A DNA stretch of 64,000 nt from contig CM114271.1 of assembly GCA_050084515.1 (NCBI GenBank), forward strand, positions 9,920,001 to 9,984,000. The letters are read 5' to 3'. Positions 26,071 to 37,443 of the stretch are shown here, one piece after another; the first letter of the stretch is position 1, and each line of letters opens with the position of its first letter. The DNA is from Blasia pusilla (Eukaryota). Made by a program: the position numbers and the translations under genes. Below the pieces are notes generated by a model. The model was not told where the DNA came from. It did not search any database and saw only the letters and a program-made list of their open reading frames with translations.

Positions 26071-27010
26071 TATTCGAGTGTTAGATCTGCTTGGAGGGAT
26101 TAGCACCGGGTTAGCTGTTGTTTTGCAGGCAAGAGTGTGAGTGCAACAATACCTGTATGTGGAGAGTGATGATGTTGCGAGGCGTGTCTCACTACCACAT
26201 GTGGCGCAATTACGCCTACGTTTTCCCGACTTATTGTCTACATGTGCGGTGCAGGGGTACCAGAGTTCCCTACCGAGGGATATTTTGTTGTTGGGGGCGC
26301 AAGACTTAGAGCGGATAGGGACCATTGATTTGGTCATTGCCGGTTGGCCATGTTAGGGCCAATTGAGTGTTGGACGAGGCAACGGGTTGGATGACACTCC
26401 ATCCAGGTTTTTTTGGGAGATGTTGAGGGTCTTACGGCAGTTGCAAAAGCACGTGTCTCGTTCTCTAGCCTACATTCTGGAGAATGTGCCAATCTTAGGA
26501 CGACTCCAAGTCACGGATGGTGACGAGTGCTCATCAAGTGCGTGCATGGATTGGCCCAACAGTGTTCTTGGATGCGGCGAGTGTAGGTTCTAGAGCCCAT
26601 CGCCCCCGTCTATGGTGGACCAACTTGGTGCCCCATGCGGTGTTACGGAGGGCGTTTGCGAGAGTGGAGCACCCCTCCCATTTGTTAATGGATTCCATTC
26701 TGGATCCAGGTCGTTGATCATAGGCAGTGAGGCACGATGATCGACCACCATTGATTGTGGTCAACAGGGTAGGCAGGCCGCGGGCAGCCTTGCCCACGGT
26801 TGTGAGTTTTCCCGCTTCCTATGCATACAAGAAGGCCGATCCTCGCTTGGTTTGGGATGACTAGGTTCAGCATTTGGTGGAGCCCATCGCCGATGAGAGA
26901 GAGCGAGCGATGGGATTTCCCACATGAGTGACGGCAGTACCGTCAGTGTTTGAGGATCACGACGCCACATCTTGGGTCAAGCGATGGACCTGAACTGCTT
27001 GACATGGATC
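26071..27010 (+). pseudogene. DNMT3-like C5 cytosine DNA methyltransferase domain inside pol
   Basis: Motifs in canonical order: I IRVLDLLGGISTG; IV IDLVIAGWPC*G (PCQG with CAG>TAG); VI YILENVP; VIII DAASVGSRAHRPRLWWTNL; IX ERERAMGFP; X ILGQAMDLN. Confidence 0.92.
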
Positions 27011-30000
27011 CTCATCTTGGGAGTGGCTGAGCAACGCCGTATGAGATCGCAACAGGTCACAACGATTGCGTTGGTGAGCCCCATGCCTACCAAGACGGTG
27101 GAGGCAATGGTTGGGGGCGAGACCCGAGGAGATCTACACACCATGGGAGATCAGGAGAGACGCCCTTGGACTTCTTGGGATGTTTTGCAGGTACGCCAGG
27201 AGATGATAGCCACATCATCGGGAGTAGTTCCAAGCACTGCACGTGGAGGAGATCAGAGTTTGCGGTTGGCTGCAAGAGAGCGGCAAGATGTTGTTGTTTG
27301 AGACGGGGTTGCACCATAGCAACCACCGATACCCGCGTCGGAGAGTCCTATTGTAGTCATGATGAAGACTTGGGAGCCAGATACAGGCCCTAAGTTGACA
27401 GGAGGAGAGCGGCGCCAGATATATAAGTTCCTCAGGAGTTATAGGAGTTGCTTTGCGTTTAGCATGGAGGATTTGGGTACGCTAAAGGGACCGAGGATCC
27501 GCATTGAGTTGTCGAGTGATACGCCAATCTTCCGACGACCCTATAGGTACATTGATATGGAGAGGACTCTGATTCAGAGTAGGAGCCAAGACTTGGTCAG
27601 AGCAGGATTAGTGGAGATGTCGTATGGGGAGTATGCATCTGCCACTGTCATGCTCGCCAAGAAGGATGTGCATGGCAACTGGACGGATAGGTGGATGTGT
27701 GGGCATTACCGACTTATCAATTGGTAGACAAAGTCCGATAGGTATGCCATGCCCATCCTTGAGGAGATCTTTGATACGATTGGTCACGCAAAGATCTTCA
27801 GTTCATTGGATTTGCGAGCCGGATGCCATCAACTGCCTATCAGATTGGAAGAGAGGCAGAAGACGGCATTTTGGGGCATCAATCCTCACAGGAAGGATTT
27901 TTTGTACCAATGGTGGTTCTTACCATTTGGATTAAAGAACGCCTCGACGCAGTTTTAGAGGGTCATGGATAGGATCTTGGTTGGTTTGGATTTTGTTAGG
28001 TGTTATATTGATGACATCATAGTCTTTAGCGCCATGGTTGAGGAGCATGAGGAACATCAAGAGGAGGTATTTCGACGATTGCAATTACATGGGCTGAATC
28101 TACATCTAGGCAAGTGCAAGTTCTTTTACGACCAGATTGAGTACTTGGGTCATACGATATACCCAGGGGGCCTTGGTGTTCAGCAAACGAAGGTACAGGC
28201 TATCTTAAGCATTCCACGCCCTGTAGATGTGAGCCGTATTCAAGCATTCATGGGATTGGCAAACTTCTATCGGCAGTACGTTAAAGGATTCATTTTGATT
28301 GCAAAGCCGCTAACCTTTCTAACCAAGGTGGATCACGAGTGGCACTGGGAGGATGAGCAAGAGCGAGCATTTTAGTTGCTGAAGGAAAAGTTGACGTCCG
28401 CACCCATCTTGAGGAGACCGATTAGGGGGCATCCTTTCCAATTGCACATAGATTGGAGCATGTTGGGGCTTGGAGCGGTGCTCACCCAGCATGATGATGA
28501 GGGTAGAGATTTTGTGGTGGCTTACGCTAACCGCTCGAATAACACTGCACAGGCAAAGTACATCTCGTATGAGGGTGAGTGCTTGGTTGCAGTATGGGCT
28601 GTCGCGCATTTCAGGTGTTACTTATTCGGCAATCCCTTTACCATCATCACTGATCATCAACCATTGAAGTGGTTGATGGAGTTCGACAAGCATACACGGA
28701 AGCTTCCGATATGGGCTCTGTTGTTGCAGGAGTATGATTTTCACGTGGTACATAGACCTGTGACTCAACCAGGATGTAGATGGGTTGAGTGGTAACCCGT
28801 GCCCGAGTCAGCGAGATGCGACTAGAGCTCGATGGCATGGAGAGAGTGATGAGGAGTCAGTGCCAAGATGGCACGCGTTAGCCTATTTAGGCATGTTGGC
28901 TATGGAGAGCCAGAGTGTGGAGACTTCGATGGCGAGGTCTAGTGGAGAGTCCTTGAATCCCAAGGCCAATGAGGAGACGACAAGTGGCCGAGATATTCAT
29001 GATGATGGAGTAGTCTTGGAGTACCTTCGTACTGGCACTGTTGCAAGCACGGTGGGTGCTAGAGAGCGAGATCAGATCCTACAACGGGCCAGAAGATTTC
29101 GTTGGGAGGGGACACATGTTTTGAGGGTTTGGGAGGATGGTAGAGTATGCGTAGTGCCGCATCCTTCGCAGAGAGCACGACTAGTGCAGCATGCCCACGA
29201 GGAGTTGGGTCCCTTTGGGGTGAAGCAGACGTACAACTTGCTTCATATTGAGTTTTGGTGGCGAGGCATGCAGACTAACGTTCAACAGTTTGTTGCCAGG
29301 TGCATGGTGTGTGATCGGGTCCGAGCATCATTCAATGCTCCGACTCCACAGTTGCATCCATTATCAATCATGGGCTTAGGGTATAGATGGAGTTTGGATT
29401 TTGCAGGACCTTTGCCTTTGACGGAGCGTCACAGTCATTATGTGTTGGTGATGGTCGAGCACTTCTCTAGTGGATCGAGTTGGTTGCATTGCCTGACAAA
29501 GCGAGTGAGGGAGTAGCTTATGCCTTCCTTGACAGAGTGCTGAGTCATTATGGCACACCGGCTGAGGTGTTGATAAACTAGGGTATCGATTTTCGCGATG
29601 AGTTCCAGGCCTTGTGTGATCAGGCGCTAATCGACCACCGCACCACTTCGCGAGATCATCTCGAGGCGGATGGATTAGCGGAGAGAGTTGTGCAGACGGT
29701 GAAGAGGGGTTTACGTAAGTATGGCTTGCAGAGAGGTCACCTAGGAGATTGGGACCTCCAATTGCCGTGGTTGGCGATGGGATACATATGCAGCAAGCAG
29801 GCATCCTTAATGTCTTTTTCACTGTACTTACTACTTTATGGCCGAGAGCCAGATTTACCTGCAGCCATTCGTCGAGATACTGGTGAGGTGCTAGACCTCG
29901 ATGACCCAGATGTATGGATACGAGCATATTCTCAGAGGGCTGAGTTGTTTTGGAGAGTGATGCCTATGGCATTCGAGAACTTGGCGATTGCGTAACATCG

Positions 30001-30289
30001 GGATACGTTGAGGTATGCAACTATTCGGGGAGGTGATTATCGACCTACTATCCGGAGGTTTCATCAGGGAGACTATGTTTACTTGCAGTAAATGGCACCC
30101 ACAACGTTGGATGTGACTTCTGGACACACCATCTTGAGAGTGCGTGAGGTTTTGCCATGCCGTGTTCTCTTATAAGAGGGACGCGATGGTATGGTTTGGA
30201 AGGACCATGTGCGTAACTGCGCGCTATATCGTCTTCCGAACATTGACGGTACAGTTGATCCGAGCTTAGCAATAGTTCTTGTAGGCTTA

Positions 30290-30430
30290 CGGTGTATGTT
30301 GTGTGGTTCCGCCCGTGGTGCAACCACTATGCTAGTATGTGATGGGTTTTCGAGAGGATGGCATATGGCATGTTTGATGCCACATCTCACTAGGGTTCCT
30401 CAGAGACGATGGATGTGTCCCATATGTACA
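30290..30430 (+). other. PHD finger at the integrase C-terminus
   Basis: CMLC...MLVCDGFSRGWHMACL...VPQRRWMCPIC: a C4HC3 pattern with one Cys replaced by Phe. Confidence 0.88.
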
Positions 30431-31064
30431 TAGAGTAGGTAGTTCTACATTCTCACTTGTGTCTGTGACATGGATGACAAGAAGGCGACTAACGATGGGG
30501 CCACATGAGCACCCGGCCTTCTTGCTCTTAGCGTCCGAGAGATGTATGTCATGGTAGGTAGGGATAGATGGCTATCTCGAGTTAGAGGGACCTAACCACC
30601 AGCTAGGGGGGCGATTGGAGATATTTTGGTACTTCTTGTCTCGTTGTTTGGATGCCATGAGTTACCATGGGATCGTGCGTATTTGTGTGTGTGTTCGGTG
30701 ACAGCGATGTATGTTGTGTAGCGATGTGTATGCGCATGACAACTGTCATGTCTTTTAGTATAGATCGGTGAGATCTAGTAGAGCGCCTTCGTGACTAGTG
30801 GAGGACATGCTCAGTAGGTCGAGGATGACCTGTTGAGGCCCCAGGAAACCTGAGAGAGCAGGTTTTCCCCTTCGTTTCGGCTCATTTGGAGCCATATTGA
30901 AGAACTTACTATTTTAGGTAATTTCCATTTTGAATATATGTTCAAATTTCTATTTTTGGTAAGTGGCCCTTGACCTCCTACATCAGGTCAAGAGCGAAGG
31001 AGGTGACTTGGGAGCATAGGTTACCATGAGAGAGTTTGGGAGAGGGGAGGGGTATACCTCAAGG

Positions 31065-32068
31065 TGTCGCGCCCCTACTCTCCTTGAATTTCAATCTTTA
31101 GTGTTGCGGAAGCGTACGTTTAGTAGGTCACGATCTCATCGCCGATCTCCACCCAAACACACACTCTCGTTAGTCGGGTCTGGGCCAACCAGCGTTCCAA
31201 CCCACCGAGTTCTCAACTCGGCGTCTCATCAAGCTCAACCTCCCTAAATTCCTAGTTTCCAAAACATGGCAAGTCCTTCAAGACTTGGAACAAACTTCCT
31301 GATTAGTCCAGGAACCTAAAATGGCACTTGCGCGCCTAGCGATCCCAACTGTTCAACGGAACTTGTGCGAGTTCCAAACTGAGACCCAATTAATTGAGTC
31401 GCAGGGTGAAATCCAAGAGTGATGTCTAAAATCGCCTCCGTAGACTGGGTTCAGGTTTCCAACCCAACCCCAAACTCTCGATCCGTTCCATGCCCTTGAG
31501 CCGCCCCATGGCGCCCAAAGTGGGGTTCGAGTTCCAAGCACTCTCGGAGACCTTCCCCCTTACTAGTACTTCTGGGGTTCTCCAATAACCCCCCCGCCCT
31601 TTGGAAAAGGAGGGTTGGGCCCTTCATTGTGGCCCTCAACCCGACTCTACTTACAGTCGTTTCCGGGTTGTTTCTCAGCCATTGCTTATGCGTTTGCAAA
31701 GATCTTTAGTGCGTTTGAACCATCTTTCCATAAGTCTTCCAACGCACCCTTGTTCAATCAAAACGCATCTTAGTGCTAAAAGTTATGGCCATAAATACAG
31801 TCAGAAACTCTCAAACGCTAGTGGCGTTCCAAATGCGGATTCTTCCTTTGGCAACCCACTTCCTAGACTCAACTCCTTGCAAGTCTTGTTCCGCGTTTGG
31901 TCTCAGTTTTTCAGTTGCAACCATAACATCTGAAATACGAAGCCTCGCTTGCGTCTCGTCTCTTGTCTCTTCTTCGAGACCACTCCAACACGCAAACCAT
32001 CTTAGCGTGAGCCCGCTAATATTCCGATGTTCCGCTTTGGCACTCGTTTGGTCATGAGGGTCGGGACA
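31065..32068 (-). mobile_element. Chromovirus solo LTR inserted in repeat A2
   Basis: Reverse complement of 2343-3340. Perfect 5-bp TSD CAAGG at 31060-31064 and 32069-32073. Confidence 0.95.
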
Positions 32069-32561
32069 CAAGGAGAGAGAGCTTGAGAGCTCATTCTCTC
32101 TTTGTTGAACCTCTTGGCATAAGGCGAAGGAGCTATGGTCCCTTGCCTTATGAGTGTAACCCAAGGCTCTCATTAGGAGAGTGGGTTTGGTTTGACATGA
32201 GAGAGAGAGTGCACACCTTTGAGAGCTATGGTGTGAGATTGTGTATAGAGAGATTGGATCTTACTTTATTGGAGATATTTTGGTACTTCTTGTCTTGTTG
32301 TTTGGATGCCATGAGATCGTGCGTGTTTGTGTGTGTGTTCATTGACAACGATGTATGTTGTGTAGCGATGTGTATGCGCACGGCATGGCCATTGACCCAC
32401 TACAGTAGGTAAAGAGCCAAGGAGGTGATCTGTAAGCATAGATTACCGTGGAGAGGGCTTGGGAGAGGGAAGGGGGTATACCTCCAAGAGAGAGAGCTTG
32501 AGAGTTCATTCTCTCTTTGTAAATCCATCAAATATCTCCATCAACAAGCTCTCCATAGTGT

Positions 32562-32595
<34 letters not shown>

Positions 32596-32597
<2 letters not shown>

Positions 32598-33020
32598 GTC
32601 AACCCAAACCCACTCTCCTAATGAGAGGCTTGGGTTACACATTCAAGGCAAGGAGGACCATGACTCCGCCGCCTCATGCCAAGAGGTTCAACAAAGAGAG
32701 AATGAGCTCTCAAGTTCTCTCTTGGAGGTATAATCCCTTCCCTCTCCCAAGCCCTCCCCATAGTAACCTGTGGTCACAGGTCACTTCCTTTGGTCTTGAC
32801 CTGTTGTAGCGGGTCAAGGGCCACTTCCCAAAGTATAAGTCAACTATACCAAAAATAGTAACTTGCCCAAATTAGTAAGTTTCTCAATATGACTCCAAAT
32901 GATCCGAAACGAAGGGAAAACCTGTTCTCTCATGTCATCTGTGGCTTTAGCAGGTCATCCTTGACCTCTTGAGGCTGTCCTCCAATATCTTTAAAGGTGC
33001 TTTACTAGATCTCGTCAATC
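32596..33020 (-). repeat. Inverted copy of the 'A' terminal repeat
   Basis: Reverse complement matches about 21248-21680; preceded by a (CT)n run. Confidence 0.85.
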
Positions 33021-33044
33021 TACTAGGATAGATCGACAAGATGC

Positions 33045-33225
33045 CACCGCCGCTGCTAGCAATTGTCGTCGACGCCGCCGCTATTGTTCAAGGTTGCGTT
33101 TAGTCACCGCTGCTAGCAATTGTCGTCGTCGCCGCCGCCGCTATTGTTCAAGGTTTCGTTTAGTCACCGCCGCTAGCAATTGTCGTCGTCGCCGCCGCCG
33201 TTGTTGTTAAAGGATGCATTTAGCC
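33045..33225. repeat. Three tandem ~59-bp GC-rich units
   Basis: CACCGCYGCTAGCAATTGTCGTCGTCGCCGCCGCCGCTATTGTTCAAGGTTKCGTTTAGT repeated with variation. Confidence 0.85.
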
Positions 33226-33376
33226 GCGAATGCCGTTCCAAGCCATGTTAATCGTCGCATCCACCGCCGTTGATCAAGGCCACGTCCAACCGTTGGCATC
33301 GTTTAGGGACACGATAGGCCACTGCCGCCGGATTGGGTTGAGTCTGTAAGCGTCGCCGCCACTTGTACACTCCCCA

Positions 33377-34386
33377 TGTCGCGCCCCTACTCTCCTTGAA
33401 CGTCAATCTTTAGTGTTGCGGAAGCGTACGTTTAGTAGGTCACGATGTCATCGCCGATCTGCACCCAAACACGCACTCTTGTTTGTCAGGTCTGGGCCAA
33501 CCAGCGTTCCAACCCACTGAGTTCTCAACTCGGCGTCTCATCAAGATCAACCTCCCTTAATTCCTAGTTTCCAAAACATGGCAAGTCCTTCAAGACTTGG
33601 AACAAACTTCCTGATTAGTCTAGGAACCTAAAACGGCACTTGCGCGCCTAGCGATCCCAAGTGTTCAATGGACCTCGTGGGAGTTCCAAACTGAGACCCA
33701 AGTAGTTGAGTCACGGGGTGAAATCCAAGAGGGATGTCTAAAATCGCCTCCGTAGACTTGGTTCAGGTTTTCCAACCCAACCCCAAACTCTCGATCCGTT
33801 CCATGCCCTTGAGCCGCCCCATGGCGCCCAAAGTGGGGTTCGAGTTCCAAGCACTCTTGGAGACCTTCCCCCTTACTAGTACTTCTGGGGTTCTCCAATA
33901 ACACCCCCCCCCCCCTCTTTGGAAAAGGAGGGTCGGGCCCTTCATTGTGGCCCTCAACCCGACTCTACTTACAATCATTTCCGGGTTGTTTCTCAACCGC
34001 TGCTTATGCGTTTGCAGAAATCTTTAGTGCGTTTGAACTATCTTTCCATAAGCCTTCCAACGCAACCTTGTTTAGTCCAAACGCATCTTGGTGCTAAAAG
34101 TTATGGCCACAAATACAGTCGGAACCTCTCAAACGCTAGTGGCGTTCCAAATCCGGATTCTTCCTTTGGCAACCCACTTTCCAGACTCAACTCCTTTAAA
34201 GTCTTATTTTGCGTTTGGTCCAGGTTTCTCGGTCGTGACCATAACATCTGAAACGTGAAGCCTCGCTCGCGTCTCGTCTCTTGTCTCTTCTTCGAGACCA
34301 CTCCAACGCGCAAACCATCTTAGCGTGAGCCTGCTAATGTTCCGATGTTCCGCTTTGGCACTCGTTTGGTCATGAGGGTCGCCACA
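33377..34386 (-). mobile_element. Chromovirus solo LTR
   Basis: Reverse complement of 2343-3340. Perfect 5-bp TSD CCCCA at 33372-33376 and 34387-34391. Confidence 0.95.
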
Positions 34387-34909
34387 CCCCAACTCTGACA
34401 AGATGACCTTTTAATTCATGGAGTCCCAATTCCTTTGCCACTTTGCTATGTCTTTAGATTGGAGCCGCTTGACGACGATCGAGTATCATGCCATGACGCT
34501 CGTAGCCGCAACGCGCCGTCAATTCGGCCGTCGATTGCCGCGCCGTGCCGCTCATGGCCGCTCCGCACAATATGGATCACGGAGTGGCACCATCATTGGG
34601 GAGCACAATGTGTGTTGCTATTGAAGAGGGTATGCCATTGAGTATCGCATCCCATTCCCGCGTACTGGGCTATTTATTCGGTGTCGCCAGTGGCGCACCG
34701 TACCATTGTTGTATCGTATATCGAGGAGATTTGAGCATCATTAGTACGAGAGGAGTAGGACTTGCTAATTGGAGGAGTTTGTCTTCACAACCAAGTTGGG
34801 ATCGAGGTTTGCAGTTGTTGAGGAGCGACATCGACATTGTTGTGAGGTTACCCATTTGGTCTTTTAACCCGCACGTGTGAGGGAATTCCCGGTATTGAGC
34901 AATTATGTG

Positions 34910-35630
34910 TAAGGTTGCACATGGACATAGTCCGTGTTTGGGGACATGTCCATGTCCGTGGACTTATGTTTGTCATATGGACTGACATGTTCATGCGAGC
35001 TCGAGTACCGAGGGCCACAACCCAAGCCCTCCGGAAGCCCGCACTTGTTGCGTGGGCTGCAGCCCTAGGCGAGCTTGGTGCGGGCTCAAACCCGCAAAAT
35101 TTAATTCAAAAGATCATCTTTTGGTCAAGTGGACCAATTTTGTCCGGCGGACCAAATTTTTTGTCGCCCTCTAGCCCACACCCAATCAGCCCTGCTTGCC
35201 CCATGCCGCACTTGCCCGCCCGGAGCCCGCACCTGCCCGCCGAGAGCTCGTGCCTACTGCCTAGAGCTGGCGCCGGCCTGCCCAGAGCCCGCACCTACAG
35301 CTCCTTGCCCTAGCCCATGCCCAATCAGCCTTGAGCCCGCGCATGCATGTTCGCCTGGAGCCCGCGCCTGCTTTCTCGAAGCCGAGACTGGCCCGCCCTA
35401 GCTCGCGCATGCCCACCCTAGCTCGAGACAGCCCACCTTGAGCCTGCACTTGTCGGCACGCCCAATCAACTTGGAGCCTGCATCTGCCCGCATTGAGCCC
35501 GCCCTACGGGCCACGCAACATGTGCGGGCTCCGTGAGCCCGGGTCTAGGTGGCAAGCTCCGAGGTGGCCTTGGGTGCGGGCTCATCATGTCTGTCCCATG
35601 GACAGACTTGTCCGTTTCTGTACAAACTTG
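34910..35630. mobile_element. Non-autonomous TIR element (MITE, hAT-like), GC-rich
   Basis: Interrupts the Gypsy leader. Ends TAAGGTTGCACA / TGTACAAACTTG. Degenerate 8-bp TSD ATTATGTG / GTTATTTG. Internal GCCCGC-rich motifs. Confidence 0.7.
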
Positions 35631-36279
35631 GTTATTTGGGATATTGGGCTTCATGCATACGTTGAGAGCATCATGGATATATGGGCTTAGGGGACATAGA
35701 CCTATGTTGGATATCCAGAGTTCATGGTATATTCTATCGATGAGATGATATGACAGTAGTCGATTTTCCGCACCACGCTGCTTTTGGCACACACTACACA
35801 TCTTAATGAGAGGGAGTGTACATTGATTGCTGGGGGGCTGGTATTCTGGCAGGAGAGAGTAAGAGAGGAGAGGAAGAGAGGAGAGTCTCTCTTCAAAAAA
35901 AGGGCCAAATCCGCCTCCTCTCTTCAAAACTTTTTGACATATTTGAAATTTTTGTTTGCTTTCAAATTCATGAAATCTTTAGAAGAGAGTAGGTAGTGGT
36001 CCACATTCGGGCCTAAAGAAACCTCCTTTTTCCAGGGGGCAAAAAAAAAGTAGACATCATAAGACCACTACAAACATTTTTCCATCACTGTCCATGTGAG
36101 CCAAAGTTTCTTCACATTACCTATCTCGGTCTACAATAAGCAGTGCCCATGGGTAGTTTTGTTGGAGGACCACCCGAATGCGCATCGGTACGATGCCAAC
36201 CTCTCTTTTTGCAAGGATTTTTTCCTGCATCATGGCCTTCCCTGAATTGCCTCATAACCAACTTTCCTGACATCCGAAA

Positions 36280-37388
36280 TGGCAATCCGACAAGTAGTAG
36301 GAATCCTGCACATCTTAGACAAGAAAAGAAGCCTACAACTGGTTTGACGAATGTAGGGGAAGGAGCCAAAAGTTAAGAAGCCCGCCTCAATACTTCAGAA
36401 GTTGGTCTCATAGGGAAAGAGTTCGATCACTCAAGCAGCCAACCTGTCGGAATTCGACAGCTTGCCTGGAAATGGTTAAAAAGTTGCAGTGGGCAAAAAG
36501 CTCAAAGTTGCAACCCGTCGGAATCATACAGGTTGCAAAATTGTAATTCCAAGTAGCTAAAAGAACACAATCCACAAGTCCAAAAAAAATTTCCAACAAA
36601 CTTTTACAAACATCATTATCGGTTGAAAAAATCTCGTCCTTTATTACCTCTAAAGGAACCTCGGAAATGTACATTTGACCTAGTCTATGATTTCTTCAGC
36701 CTCGTCATCTACAAATTTACTCCTAACTCTCCTAGGTTCCAGTACAAAAGGAATGTACTGGGATACAAGTGGCTCCTCTGGCCGATTGTAGACGGGGATC
36801 GAAAATGTTGGCGAATTCGAGAGGCTTGCCCCCCCTAGGTACACCATAACGGTCCCATGTAACCTGATTTGAGTCCCACGGCCTTCCTCGGCAGTATATC
36901 TTGTACGCTCTGCAATGTGACACCCATCCAATATCAATATGTGCTCCGTCCTTGGTAATACCATGATGGCAATCCCACAGGTAGTAGGAATCCAACACGT
37001 TTGAGAGAAGAAAAGAAGCCTACGCCTTCTTTTACGAGTTGAGGGGAAGGTGCCAAGGTGAAGAAGCCCACCAGACTGCCTCTTAAGTTGGACCAACAGG
37101 GAAAGAGTCCGATCAGGCAACTTGTCGGAATCCAACAGGTTTCCTGGAAGTGGTAAAAAGGTGTAGTGGTCAAAAAGTGAAAAGTTGCAAGCAAGAGAAA
37201 TCTGACGGGTTACAAAATAGAAGTCCGCGGAGTACATAGATGATCACATTCGAAAAGACATAAAAAATGTTTAGCAAACTTTTAGAAGCACCACCATCGT
37301 TCGAAAAAATCTTCTCCTTTATTACATCCGAAAAAAGCTCGGAACTGTACATTTGATCTATTCTATGAAATCTTTTGCCTCATCATCA
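36280..37388. repeat. Diverged ~420-bp direct duplication in the MULE left arm (36280-36710 and 36968-37388)
   Basis: GGCAATCC..CA.GTAGTAGGAATCC, GAAAAGAAGCCTAC and TGTACATTTGA occur in the same order in both units. Confidence 0.8.
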
Positions 37389-37443
37389 AATAACTCCCTA
37401 CTCCAAACGCTGCAGTCAAGCTGGGTCCTTGAGTTCTTTGAAC

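Larger units (their letters stand above)
24655..30433 (+). pseudogene. pol polyprotein (aspartic protease, DNMT, RT, RNase H, DDE integrase, PHD), interrupted by stops and frameshifts
   Basis: VWLDSRAQ (protease). SLDLRAGCHQL, LPFGLKNA, YIDDIIVF (RT). HIDWSMLGLGAVL, YEGECL, TDHQPL (RNase H). HEELG...CMVC, WSLDFAGP, DGLAERVVQTVK (integrase). Confidence 0.92.
21233..32385 (+). mobile_element. Ty3/Gypsy retrotransposon with cytosine methyltransferase and PHD finger; split direct repeats; decayed
   Basis: Order gag-protease-DNMT-RT-RNaseH-integrase-PHD. Repeats A1 21233-21747, B1 30614-30741, A2 30744-32268 (with nested solo LTR), B2 32268-32385. Flanks TGGT/TGGC. Confidence 0.9.

Noticed and set aside
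21233-32385. DIRS/Ngaro tyrosine-recombinase retrotransposon
   Set aside because: It has an aspartic protease and an HHCC/DDE integrase, and I saw no tyrosine-recombinase motif. Only the repeat layout resembles Ngaro.
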